This document shows, piece by piece, positions 46,847 through 57,033 of a stretch of 64,000 bases of DNA. The stretch's first letter is position 1, and every line of letters starts with the position of its first letter. The notes below the pieces were generated by a model. That model was not told where the DNA came from. It did no database searches and saw only the letters and a program-made list of their open reading frames with translations. The translations under genes were made by a program, and so were the position numbers. The DNA comes from Bacteriovoracaceae bacterium. GTDB lineage: Bacteria; Bdellovibrionota; Bacteriovoracia; Bacteriovoracales; Bacteriovoracaceae. The stretch spans positions 1-64,000 of the forward strand of contig JABIHA010000118.1 of the NCBI GenBank assembly GCA_018649885.1, written 5' to 3'.

Positions 46847-49255
46847 ATGAAGCCAATTCTTAAATTAAACAAAAATGCTCAGATTCTATTTTATTCTCTG
46901 TTTACTCTTCTCTCGCTATTTTTGGCGGCAGGGGGATTCTTTTATTGGAAAGCAGGTTTAATGGATGGATCGAGAACATCATCTCTTTATGAGGCAGCAA
47001 CTCGCATTGAAGACCTTGTAAATAATAAAAGGATCCAAACAGTTGGAAGCCTTGTTAGAGATGGTAAAGTCAGGGCCTCTGTTACAATGTATGAGGCCAT
47101 TGAGAAAAAAATTCGAAAAGTTAATCGAGTATTTTCAACAACTGAGGAATATGAGGCGCTTGAAGAGGTCTCTTATAAAATGAAAAAAGAGCTGGCTTCT
47201 CTTCTTTCCCAGCCCGATGTTATTCCAGTATTCAAAGTTCTTAGATCCAAATTTTCTCAGTTCAATACTTTTGTAGAAAAAAATAAATGGAAGACCCTAA
47301 GTAGAATTAGTGGGAGAGTCGTTCAGAAAATGAATACCAATTCAAAGATCACTAGCATCTTTTTGCGCCAGATTTATCGTTCGGCCAAGCAAGATGTGAC
47401 AATTATGCGGCAAGTTTCAGAATCTTCGGTATTAACTAAAACTGATAAAACCCTTATTACGGCAAGATTAAATTCTCTCCAAAATGAGCTTTCAACAGTT
47501 GCAAAATATTTAACAACTCAAAAACGTTTTCTAAAATACCTAAATAATTTCAGTAAGAAATTTGATTTTTGGATTAAAAAAGTAGGCCCTGGTCTTGCGG
47601 CTGAGCAAATCAGAGTAGAAAAAAATGCTAAATACTTTGCTTTTGGCATTATTTCAGTTTTCTGTTTTATTTTAGTGAGCCTATTTGGTTCAAAAATCAT
47701 TTTCAATAAACTCATTAAGAATGAAAGTCGCCAATTAGAGATTAATTTTCTAAATCTTTTAAAGCACGGAATGATTGCTGAGACTTCTCCAAGAATTCCA
47801 TTTGATTTTTCCGATGAGTTTTTAAAGGCTTTTGAGGCCAATAGAGAATATGTGCACAGAAGAATGAAATATAGTGGCTACTTTCAAACAGCCTTTCCAT
47901 TTGCTTCAATACTTTTAGACACAAATCTAAAAGTTGTGTGGGCCAATGAAACTTTTTGCGATTCCTGGAAAATTGATCCTTCAGAAATTAAAGGAAATAA
48001 AATCACCTGGGATTATCTCAATAGATTTACCAATCTTGGTGGTGATGATCCTGTTTTTGAATCTTTTGAAAAAGATATACCTGGAATTTATCAGGTACAA
48101 GTTAGGATAGATGATACAAAGGCAAGGATTCCCTATGAGATGTATGTTTCTCCAGTCGGGTCAGCAGATGATAAAAAATTAATGGTATTTTTCTATCCAC
48201 TGATTTCACTTGAAGAGACGATTGAAAATCAGGCGAAGTCTTTGGTCTCTCCAGTTGCCAAAGCTCTCGATGCACTAATGGTAGGATCATTTAATAAAGA
48301 AAAACGAGAAAAGCTGAGATCGGAATTTGAAATCGCTGGAATTCAACATGTGTTTGAAAAATTTAATGGTTATCACGAGTCAAATCAATTACAAAAACAA
48401 GGATTGTTAACTGAGATTGATGATCTAGAAAAGACGATTTCCGATCAACACAAGGTTCTCTCTGACGTTCACCAGGTGCACGGGGAAGTTTTGACAAGGA
48501 CAAAAGAGTTTAAAGACCATCTCAATAATACTAGAGACGGGGTGATAGGCCTTTCTGATACCAATATTTGCATTGATGATGTGGCCTATAATTCTTTAAA
48601 TAAATTTAAAGAAGTCTTGGATAAGTACACTAAGACACAGGGAGCTGGTAAGGCAATTAGTGAAAGGTTGGCCCAAAGTAGTGAGATCGCTGATGGGGTA
48701 GGCACCTTTAAAATGGAATTTAAAAAGATTCGAGACAATATGAGCTCGGCCAAAATGAGGCTGCTGCAAGCAATTGATCAAGCACTTGTGTTCCAAAGAA
48801 GTAATGATTTTGAACCTCACCAGCTTGAGCACACTTTTAATAGAATTAAGACAATGGCCAAAGACTTAGACCAATTGGTTTGTACTTTTGAAAAGCAGCT
48901 GGTCCAGTTTGATGTACAGATGACAAAACTTAGAATGGTCTTAGAGTCACATGATGAAATGGGTACTAACTTTTCAGAAAATCTAGAAGCAGTATATAAA
49001 TATCATTCAGGGCTTGAAGCAGATAGACGAAACCTTTCTGGAGAAACAAAGTACTTTGAAGATAGACTCGTTCTTCTTATGAACAATATGTTTGAGTTCT
49101 ACAAAGAAGTTAGATCCAATGTTCATTTCAGCGCTAAACTTGCTGAAGAGTCACTGCAATACAATGAAATTCTACAAGTTGTAAAAGAAGAGAAGGGCCA
49201 GACTGCCGTGAAGATTGAGCGTCAGGGCCTTGCTGAAAAAATTCCTACTGTATAA
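46847..49255 (+). CDS. membrane sensor with PAS-like and long coiled-coil domains (MCP-like)
   Basis: Two TM helices, PAS-like LLDTNLKVVWANETF, heptad-rich C-terminus. Confidence 0.75.
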   Translation: MKPILKLNKNAQILFYSLFTLLSLFLAAGGFFYWKAGLMDGSRTSSLYEAATRIEDLVNNKRIQTVGSLVRDGKVRASVTMYEAIEKKIRKVNRVFSTTEEYEALEEVSYKMKKELASLLSQPDVIPVFKVLRSKFSQFNTFVEKNKWKTLSRISGRVVQKMNTNSKITSIFLRQIYRSAKQDVTIMRQVSESSVLTKTDKTLITARLNSLQNELSTVAKYLTTQKRFLKYLNNFSKKFDFWIKKVGPGLAAEQIRVEKNAKYFAFGIISVFCFILVSLFGSKIIFNKLIKNESRQLEINFLNLLKHGMIAETSPRIPFDFSDEFLKAFEANREYVHRRMKYSGYFQTAFPFASILLDTNLKVVWANETFCDSWKIDPSEIKGNKITWDYLNRFTNLGGDDPVFESFEKDIPGIYQVQVRIDDTKARIPYEMYVSPVGSADDKKLMVFFYPLISLEETIENQAKSLVSPVAKALDALMVGSFNKEKREKLRSEFEIAGIQHVFEKFNGYHESNQLQKQGLLTEIDDLEKTISDQHKVLSDVHQVHGEVLTRTKEFKDHLNNTRDGVIGLSDTNICIDDVAYNSLNKFKEVLDKYTKTQGAGKAISERLAQSSEIADGVGTFKMEFKKIRDNMSSAKMRLLQAIDQALVFQRSNDFEPHQLEHTFNRIKTMAKDLDQLVCTFEKQLVQFDVQMTKLRMVLESHDEMGTNFSENLEAVYKYHSGLEADRRNLSGETKYFEDRLVLLMNNMFEFYKEVRSNVHFSAKLAEESLQYNEILQVVKEEKGQTAVKIERQGLAEKIPTV

Positions 49256-49268
49256 AAAACCATTAATC

Positions 49269-49290
49269 AGGACGCTGATACAAGCGTCCT
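49269..49290. terminator. hairpin between convergent genes
   Basis: AGGACGCT/AGCGTCCT. Confidence 0.55.
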
Positions 49291-50290
49291 AGCCTCTTTT
49301 TAGAATCTGCTTAACTCTCATAAATTGATCTGTATTAGTTATGGTCTTTGGACCAAGTGAGGCACGTGACGCCATGATGTGCATTTGTCTCACTCTCTCT
49401 TCACTTGGTGGATGAGTACTCATAGCATCGGCAAAAGGTTTAAAGGCTTGGTTTTTAGTTCTTTTATAGTTCTTCTCCATTGACAGAAGTTTAGTATAAA
49501 AACTTCCCACATGATCTTTATGGTAGCCGGCATTGACTGAAGTTCGAAAACCAATACGGTCAGCTTCCATTTCGTCTTCTCTAGAGTTGGCCATAAATGC
49601 AAATTTTTGAATTAAAAGTCCGCCTGCAGTTCCTGCCAGTCCTCCGTAAAGAGCGGCCCTTGCCATACAGCCCTTATCCCCTTTTTTACAAAGAAGCTTT
49701 CCAAGCCCAAAGCCAGCAGCGCCTCCAAGAAGGGCCCCGCCAAGTCCGTAAAGGATACTCTTTGTGGATTCTTTTTTTTGTTGCTCCATTCTCTCTGCGG
49801 TATGTCTCGCCTTAACGTGCCCAATTTCATGGCCAACAACTCCTGCTAGCTCAGCTTCTGAGTCGGCCATGGCAAGTAGAGGTGCAGTTACCATCACAGT
49901 GCCCGCAGGAAGAGCAAATGCATTAACAAATCCCGCTTTTACTACGGTAAAATTATAAGTATATGGCTTTGCATGAAGACCGTTGGCCATGACAATTTTG
50001 TTTCCAAGGGTCGCGATATATCTTTGTGCCTCTCTGGAAGGATGAGTTGGATATTCCTTTCTCATTTGAGGCAGATACTCTCTGGACATGCGCTTTTCAT
50101 CTTCAACGCTCATGGCTGTTTTCTGCCCTTTGTTGTCACCTTCTCTATGTCTGTGCTTTGATCTGGAAGAACAACCTGTAAGAAGGAGAGGGACTGAGAT
50201 TATAAAGGCCCTTCTACCCTGGTCTGTTGAAACCAGCTCTTTTAAATTTTTTTCAAGTTCATTGAGGGCGTGCTCTTCAGAAATATACAT
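49289..50290 (-). CDS. M48 metallopeptidase (probable Tat lipoprotein)
   Basis: NAFALP, HEIGH, EMEAD, STHP; RRAFI..LTGC. Confidence 0.92.
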   Translation of the reverse strand: MYISEEHALNELEKNLKELVSTDQGRRAFIISVPLLLTGCSSRSKHRHREGDNKGQKTAMSVEDEKRMSREYLPQMRKEYPTHPSREAQRYIATLGNKIVMANGLHAKPYTYNFTVVKAGFVNAFALPAGTVMVTAPLLAMADSEAELAGVVGHEIGHVKARHTAERMEQQKKESTKSILYGLGGALLGGAAGFGLGKLLCKKGDKGCMARAALYGGLAGTAGGLLIQKFAFMANSREDEMEADRIGFRTSVNAGYHKDHVGSFYTKLLSMEKNYKRTKNQAFKPFADAMSTHPPSEERVRQMHIMASRASLGPKTITNTDQFMRVKQILKRG

Positions 50291-50363
50291 GGCTTTCCAT
50301 CTCCAGTAATTAATTTTTGCAATTGGTATAAGTATTGTAGTGTAAGCGATTTTACTTCTCTAG

Positions 50364-50999
50364 TCACATAACCAGAAAATCCAACAATTTTTGACAACTT
50401 TTTTGGAGGTGCTCTAAGTCGCCACTATTATCAACAATGTAGTTAGATAGTGACTTTTTTTTCTCTATGTCCATTTGGCTTTGAAGAATTTTTTCGGCCA
50501 GCTGAGTCGTGGTACCGTCTCTTTTAATCAGTCTTTCAATTTGAAGTGATCTTGGTGAATAAACACAGATGTGGAAATCGACCTTTTGGTATAAGTTTTT
50601 CTCATATAAAAGTGGGACATCGTAGACTACAAAGCCTTGTTCCTGGAATTGTACGAGGTTATCAGAAAAAATCTCCTCCATTTGAGGATAAAGAAAATTT
50701 TCTAATTTTTCCAAATGCTTTGGATTGTTGAAAGCAAGACTTCTCAGGGCCTCAAAACTAATTTGATCATTCGTGATGACTTGTGGAAAAGTCGTTTTAA
50801 TAAAATCAAATGTTTGATCTTTTTGATAAATAGTCTTGATCATTTGATCAGCACAAATTGTACGGATATTTTTTTCATTTAAAAATTTTGAAACACTAGA
50901 TTTTCCCGTGGCGATGCCACCACTCAGTGCGATGAGAGGAAGCGGGCAATTGTAGTGCCTTTTTTCAGGAGTAAGTGTTACTAATTTTTGATTTAACAC
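50364..50999 (-). CDS. coaE: dephospho-CoA kinase
   Basis: GGIATGKS, DVPLLYE, RLIKRDG. Confidence 0.94.
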   Translation of the reverse strand: MLNQKLVTLTPEKRHYNCPLPLIALSGGIATGKSSVSKFLNEKNIRTICADQMIKTIYQKDQTFDFIKTTFPQVITNDQISFEALRSLAFNNPKHLEKLENFLYPQMEEIFSDNLVQFQEQGFVVYDVPLLYEKNLYQKVDFHICVYSPRSLQIERLIKRDGTTTQLAEKILQSQMDIEKKKSLSNYIVDNSGDLEHLQKSCQKLLDFLVM

Positions 51000-51793
51000 A
51001 ATTTTTCACTTTTTTTGGCTAAATTCCAATAGTCTTCTTTCTCATTAGAGGAAAGCTCTAAAAAATTCACCCCGTGATCTTTTGAAATTTCTACCATTTT
51101 TTCAAATCTTCTAATAAATTTGGCATTGGCATCCCGAAGTAGCTCCTCAGGGTTCAAATCGAGATGTCTGGCAAGTTGTGCGGTGGAAAAAAGTAGGTCT
51201 CCTAACTCTTCTGCGGCCCTTTCTTTATTATACTTTCCATGAGGCGGAAGCTCTTGTTTTAATTCCTGCCACTCCTCTTCAACTTTTGGAAGTACCTCTA
51301 AAAAGTTATCCCAATCAAAATCAACTTTTTTACTCTTTTGACCTATTTTATATGATGAAAAAAGTGCGGGAAAGGCTAGGAGCTCACTATTCATCTGGGC
51401 CAGGGGATCACTTCCTTTTTCTTTTTGCTTGAGCTGATCCCAGTTTTTTACAACTTCCTCGGAGGATATAGACTCATCTCTATTTTTAAAAACATGGGGA
51501 TGTCTATATATCAATTTATCCGCCAATTTTTTTGCGACAGACTCCATATCAAAATGACCATTTTCGCTGGCAATTTTAGCGTGCAGCAGAACTTGGAGTA
51601 AAACGTCTCCAATTTCTTCTTCCATTTGAGAAGACTCTTCTTGTTCTACTGCATGGATAAACTCGTAACTTTCTTCGGTGAGGTACTTTAAAAGACTTTT
51701 GTGGGTTTGTTCAAGATCCCAGGGACAGCCGGAGGCAGGGTCTCTTAGCTTGGCCACCACATCAATCAATTTCTCAAGTTCAGGATAATTCAC
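50993..51793 (-). CDS. mazG: nucleoside triphosphate pyrophosphohydrolase
   Basis: GCPWD, EEIGD, RHPHVF, EELGD. Confidence 0.95.
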   Translation of the reverse strand: MNYPELEKLIDVVAKLRDPASGCPWDLEQTHKSLLKYLTEESYEFIHAVEQEESSQMEEEIGDVLLQVLLHAKIASENGHFDMESVAKKLADKLIYRHPHVFKNRDESISSEEVVKNWDQLKQKEKGSDPLAQMNSELLAFPALFSSYKIGQKSKKVDFDWDNFLEVLPKVEEEWQELKQELPPHGKYNKERAAEELGDLLFSTAQLARHLDLNPEELLRDANAKFIRRFEKMVEISKDHGVNFLELSSNEKEDYWNLAKKSEKLC

Positions 51794-51862
51794 AACACAC
51801 CTTTGACAATACAGCTCTTACTTTTTATACCAAGGTATAAGATATAAGAATCAGGGCATTTT

Positions 51863-52387
51863 GTGGAATTAAAGTCTAAAAAATTATCCTTTTCTATCAG
51901 CTACCCTGTCCAGCTGGGAATCGCTGGTTTTGAGCAAAAACTAGAGGGTCTTCTAGTTGTTTTGGAAGAATTTTTAGAGCGCGAAAGTTTATTACACGAG
52001 AAGTTAAAAGAGATGGTGAAAATCTCTCTAAGTATTTGTTTTTGTGATGAGGAAACCATCCACTCCTTTAATAAAAAATATCGAAATAAAGACAGCGTAA
52101 CCGATGTGCTCTCTTTTCCCGTTCACGGTGGTCTTAGGCGTGATGATCAATTATTAATTGGCGGTGCAGATCAACTTGAGCTTGGTGATATTATTATTTG
52201 TGTGGGACGGGCCACTGCTCAGGCCGGGGAGTTTGAGGTAACACTCGAAAATGAGCTCATTCATTTAATCATTCACGGCTTTTTGCACCTTTTGGGCTTT
52301 GATCATGAGGTGTCAGATGAAGAACAAGAGGTGATGAACCGTTTAGAGGAATCACTCGTTATTAAAATCCATCATTATTTTAGGTAG
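51863..52387 (+). CDS. ybeY: rRNA maturation endoribonuclease
   Basis: TDVLSFP, HGFLHLLGFDH. Confidence 0.95.
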   Translation: MELKSKKLSFSISYPVQLGIAGFEQKLEGLLVVLEEFLERESLLHEKLKEMVKISLSICFCDEETIHSFNKKYRNKDSVTDVLSFPVHGGLRRDDQLLIGGADQLELGDIIICVGRATAQAGEFEVTLENELIHLIIHGFLHLLGFDHEVSDEEQEVMNRLEESLVIKIHHYFR

Positions 52388-52510
52388 TTAGCTCCTATCT
52401 TTTCTGAAAAATTTACTCTATTTTTGATAAAATCTTAAGCAAATTGCAAGGCGTGATATGGTGCGTCAGAATACTTAAGCCCTTGGTGTGCTTAGGAAAC
52501 GGAGCCTTTT

Positions 52511-54631
52511 ATGTCGTTGCGGTTGTTAGCTGTTTTCCAGCTTCTTTTTATGCAATTTTCTTATGCTGAAATTGGAAATATTAATGTTGAAAGGTTTGAA
52601 AACAAGCTTGATGAAAAAGAGATATTCAAATTTTATAGTCCCGAGGCTTTATCCAAGTTAGTTGGATTATTTGAGGAAAGGATAATTGAAATGTCTGCTA
52701 TTTTAGATAGAGACAAAAAATCAAATGGTAGTGAGCTATCAAAAAAAGAACGTGAGGACTTGGAAGAGCTTCTTGAAAACTACAAGTCTTCCCTTGTTAT
52801 TTTAAGTACCGATATTGCAGCTGCAACTAACAATAGGGAACTTTCAAGGATCTATAAAAGTGGCAAGCGGATGATCTTTGCTCTCAGTAAAGATGAATTA
52901 AAGCCGCAATATTTTAAGCCAGGAGCACTTCTTGGCCTAATTTTTTCTCCCCGTGTAAAGCTCAATTATGTAGAACCAAGCTTAGTTGGAACAAAAGTGA
53001 AATCCTTTAAGGTTGCCGAAAAAGAAGCCCGAAACTTAGTAAGAGTAGAGGAAGGTGGAATCCGAAACTCCATGGATATAACAGGAATTATTGGTCAAAC
53101 AATTGATGAAATTTCTCGCCTTGAAATTCCTAGAAACCACACACATTTTTACTCTAATACCTATTTAAAATCACACTCCGATACATGGAGTGAATTAGAA
53201 CAAAAGGTTGAAAAAGCTGCGTCAATTTTTCTTTCGAGCGATGAGGGGAAGCATAAACTAAAAGAGTCACAAAGATATAGTTTGGATAGTGCCAGGAAAG
53301 TTTTATTTTTCAGCAAGGTCAAAGATTCTGCCACAGGAGCCAAAATTAATACAAAAGATATTTTTGGGCTCAAGTGGAAAATGAAATGGGGCTCTGAAGT
53401 TCAAACAGAGCCAGTGGCTAACAGAATGTATATGAAACTGGGAACTAAGTTTGTCGACCTTCTCTATGTTTCTCATTTTCAAAAATCACCTCAGTATTTA
53501 ATCCTTGATGAGGAGGATGATATTGATGAAATGAAAAGATCTGATTTTAAAAAGGGATGTAGAAGTGCGGCTAGTGTAGAGGGCTTCATCACATGCTTAA
53601 AAAAATCTAAGTATCACTATGATATAAAGCCATATATCAAAGAAAGCGGCATCATTGATTATCAATATTTTAAAACTAAGCTAAAGCCACTTCTTCCAGA
53701 AACAGGAATATCTTATAAGAAGATTAAAGAGAAGTTTTTGGGCAGGCCCTATATTCTTTTAACAGAATCATTGGTGGAATTTCAGGGAGATACAAATTTT
53801 ATTAAAAGAGTTGGTCCAGTGGCCTTTCATGGCCTAGGAGCTGAAAAAGATAGGGTGGCAAGAGGTATGGCGCTTTTTAATGTCTTTTTAAATAATAAAG
53901 ATGCTAAGGCCCAAAATAATAAAGCCTTTTTGTTTCTCTCAGATGAGATGAGGTATTACGAAAACCAACATGATATTGGAGCAGTTTTTGGAAATCTCTT
54001 TTACGAGGGAAAAATTAATCTGATGCAAACGGGTAAAAAATTTGCAAAGGTCATAAGGGTACCTGGGAAGAACCAATATGGACTGAAAAATAAGAAAGTT
54101 CGTTTTGCAGGATTTTATATTTTCAAGCCCAAGGCCTGGAAAGCTGCCACCCCTGCAGATCTTCTTTGGATGGCGAGAAAAATAAGCTCCATAAGTGATA
54201 CAGAGTTTAAAGAAATGGTGAGCCACACTCTTTGGCCTGACTTTGCCCAAGCAGTATATGTCTATAAACTTAAGGCAAGAAGAAATAGAATTGCAAAACT
54301 TTACGGTTTGGAAAAACTTGTAAAAGGTGAAATTAATGAAACTTTATCGTTTGATCCTATTGATCTTTCAACTGATAGCGCTAGGGCCAAGGCTGCTTTT
54401 AAGTACTCCATACCCAAAGAAAAAATAGTCGAGTTGATGAGTGATAAAAAGCTTATTAAGTCTGATGGAAGTAGTCAGTACCATGACCCAGTTGTGACTG
54501 ATAACAAGCTAACATCTTGTCGCAAAAATATCCTGACCGGGCTGATCGAGCAGTATTCCCATCCAACAGGAGTTTACAGAAGGCTAATTCGGATATTTGA
54601 CCAACGCGGCTTAGGGAAGTGCCACCTCTAG
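52511..54631 (+). CDS. secreted protein with atypical protein-kinase-like motifs
   Basis: Signal peptide; WKMKWGSE..E, NNKDAKAQN, DIG..FG. Confidence 0.7.
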   Translation: MSLRLLAVFQLLFMQFSYAEIGNINVERFENKLDEKEIFKFYSPEALSKLVGLFEERIIEMSAILDRDKKSNGSELSKKEREDLEELLENYKSSLVILSTDIAAATNNRELSRIYKSGKRMIFALSKDELKPQYFKPGALLGLIFSPRVKLNYVEPSLVGTKVKSFKVAEKEARNLVRVEEGGIRNSMDITGIIGQTIDEISRLEIPRNHTHFYSNTYLKSHSDTWSELEQKVEKAASIFLSSDEGKHKLKESQRYSLDSARKVLFFSKVKDSATGAKINTKDIFGLKWKMKWGSEVQTEPVANRMYMKLGTKFVDLLYVSHFQKSPQYLILDEEDDIDEMKRSDFKKGCRSAASVEGFITCLKKSKYHYDIKPYIKESGIIDYQYFKTKLKPLLPETGISYKKIKEKFLGRPYILLTESLVEFQGDTNFIKRVGPVAFHGLGAEKDRVARGMALFNVFLNNKDAKAQNNKAFLFLSDEMRYYENQHDIGAVFGNLFYEGKINLMQTGKKFAKVIRVPGKNQYGLKNKKVRFAGFYIFKPKAWKAATPADLLWMARKISSISDTEFKEMVSHTLWPDFAQAVYVYKLKARRNRIAKLYGLEKLVKGEINETLSFDPIDLSTDSARAKAAFKYSIPKEKIVELMSDKKLIKSDGSSQYHDPVVTDNKLTSCRKNILTGLIEQYSHPTGVYRRLIRIFDQRGLGKCHL

Positions 54632-54693
54632 CTCTACTCAATTTATGCAAGCCGTGATAGCTTGGTCTTTCATAGGTTTTGGAGGAAGATTCA

Positions 54694-55828
54694 GTGGATC
54701 AGACTATCGTAATTAAAATGGGTGAGTGCAAATCTAAATTTCCGGAATTTAAGGATAAGTTGAGTTTAATTCGGAGGTCACTTTGACATCGATAAAAGAA
54801 ATAAAAGGTTAGCAGAAATAGTTGAGATGGAGTCTATGGAAGGCTTCTGGAATGACACTGAAAACGCCTCAAAAATACAAAAAGAAAAATCCATAAATGC
54901 CGAAACTGTCAAAATCTACACAGATCTAGAGGAAGTTCTCGACGAATTTGAAATCCTTTGTGAATACGCTGATGCAGGAGACGAAGAGTCAGCTAATGAG
55001 GCCATAGAGCTTTTTCCTAATGTTGAAAAGCGTGTAGTAGAAGCCGAAGAGCGAGTTCTTTTATCTAAAGAGACCGATCCCAATAATGCCATTGTATCAA
55101 TAAATGCAGGTGCAGGTGGAACTGAGTCGTGTGACTGGGCCATGATGATCTCTAGAATGCTGACTAGGTATGCTGAGAAATTGGGGTTTAAAATCGAGAC
55201 AATCGACGTTCAACCTGGAGATTCTGCAGGCATAAAATCTCAAACTTTTATGGTCAATGGCCCTATGGCCTATGGAAAATTAAAGTCTGAGTCAGGGATT
55301 CATCGTTTGGTGAGACTTTCTCCATTTGACTCTGCCAATAGAAGGCATACTTCTTTTGCCTCAGTGTATGTGTCGCCTGAAATTGATGACTCTATCGAGA
55401 TTGAAGTTGAGGATAAAGATCTAAGAATTGATGTTTACCGTTCAGGAGGTGCTGGAGGTCAGAGTGTAAACACCACAGATTCCGCTGTTAGACTTACTCA
55501 CCATCCCTCAGGACTCGTGGTGACCTGCCAAAACGAAAGAAGCCAATTGCAAAATAGGCAAACGGCCATGAAAGTATTGAAATCGAGACTCTACGATCTT
55601 GAAATGGAAAAAAAGAGACAAGAGCAAAATAAGGTTGAATCCGAGAAAAAAGAAATTGGTTGGGGCTCACAAATAAGATCCTATGTTCTTCATCCTTATA
55701 AAATGGTCAAAGACCACCGAACTGGATTTGAAGTAAGCTCTCCTGATAAAGTTCTCGATGGCGATATAGCTCCCTTTGCCAAGGCCTATCTACACTGGGA
55801 TGTGGGTAGCGATAAAGGAGAGTTTTAA
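54694..55828 (+). CDS. prfB: peptide chain release factor 2 with programmed +1 frameshift
   Basis: GTG 54694; GGAGG-TCA-CTT-TGA-C at 54773-54787; SPF and GGQ motifs. Confidence 0.97.
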
Positions 55829-57031
55829 GTGCACAGTAGTACATTTTCAATTCTTAAAATTCTTTTGAGTGGTAAAAATTCAATTAAGTTCCTACTGGGG
55901 ATTGTCCTTAGCTTTTCATTTTCCATTACTGTGATTCTCGCCACAATTGGTATTATGGATGGCTTTGATGTGGCCTTAAAAAAAGGCTTGAGAAAAGCTG
56001 AAGGTGATTTGAAAATCCAATATCGCGGTGGTTTTTTTGAGCTTGAGCAAATTGAGGACAAGCTCGATCTTCATCCAATCTCAGAGATTACTGGGATTGT
56101 TCGAAGTGAAGCATTTTTAATTTCTAAAGATCGTAGTAAAGGAATAGTTTTAAGAGGAGTGGAGCCGGACTCATTTAATGAGGTGACAAAATTTAAATTG
56201 GAATTGGTGGAAAATGATATTGTTCTAGGCCATGAGCTTCTTGCGGAACTGGGCCTCAGCATTGGAGACGAGGTTGTCATTGTTTTTGCCTCAGGGCGAG
56301 GAGATCATGAGCAACTTCCCACACTCCACCGCTTTAAAGTAGTGGGGGATGTCAGTCACGGTATTTATGAAAAGGATTTGCGCTACGCCTATGTAAATTT
56401 AACCTACATCCAAAAGCTTTTTGGCCTAGAAAACCAAATCAACCAAATTCTTCTAAATGTAGAGGGAGCTCAGAAAATTGATTCCCCTGCGGTATTTGAA
56501 AAAATAACCACACTTGGAGAGACGATTGAAGACCAACTGAATGGTCTTTATCGTGCCATTCCTTTTTGGATTGAATATGGTGGATTGATTGAGGCCGTAA
56601 AAGTAGAAAAAGTGTCTATTACTATTGTTTTGCAGATCGTGGTGGTGGTATCCATTTTTAATGTCTTGGCATTTGTCATGTTTCTTGGTGAAACCAGGTC
56701 AAAAGAAATCTTTTTAGTTGAGGCCCTGGGCATTAGTAAGAAGGTGATGAATCGGGCGTGGGTGTTACTTTTATGTGGGATCTGGGGGCTGTCTTGTTTT
56801 GTTTCATTTTTTCTGGTGGAGATTACAGACTATGGACTTCAAAATCTTTCAATGCTTGAGCTTCCAGGGGATGTTTATACGGTATCAAAATTGGCCTTAT
56901 TTTTAGAACCCAAGTATTATGGGATAGTCTTTTTGATCTCTTTAGTATGGGTCTTGGTAATTTCGGCAGTAACATTGTATAGAATGAGCCGAAAAGAGAT
57001 TATACAGGGGTTAAGGCAGGAGTTCTCTTAA
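55829..57031 (+). CDS. lipoprotein-releasing ABC permease LolC/E-like
   Basis: GIMDGF, LRGV, MacB-like topology; next to lolD. Confidence 0.85.
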   Translation: MHSSTFSILKILLSGKNSIKFLLGIVLSFSFSITVILATIGIMDGFDVALKKGLRKAEGDLKIQYRGGFFELEQIEDKLDLHPISEITGIVRSEAFLISKDRSKGIVLRGVEPDSFNEVTKFKLELVENDIVLGHELLAELGLSIGDEVVIVFASGRGDHEQLPTLHRFKVVGDVSHGIYEKDLRYAYVNLTYIQKLFGLENQINQILLNVEGAQKIDSPAVFEKITTLGETIEDQLNGLYRAIPFWIEYGGLIEAVKVEKVSITIVLQIVVVVSIFNVLAFVMFLGETRSKEIFLVEALGISKKVMNRAWVLLLCGIWGLSCFVSFFLVEITDYGLQNLSMLELPGDVYTVSKLALFLEPKYYGIVFLISLVWVLVISAVTLYRMSRKEIIQGLRQEFS

Positions 57032-57033
57032 AT

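Noticed and set aside
54827..55828. Truncated prfB pseudogene
   Set aside because: Explained by the programmed frameshift.
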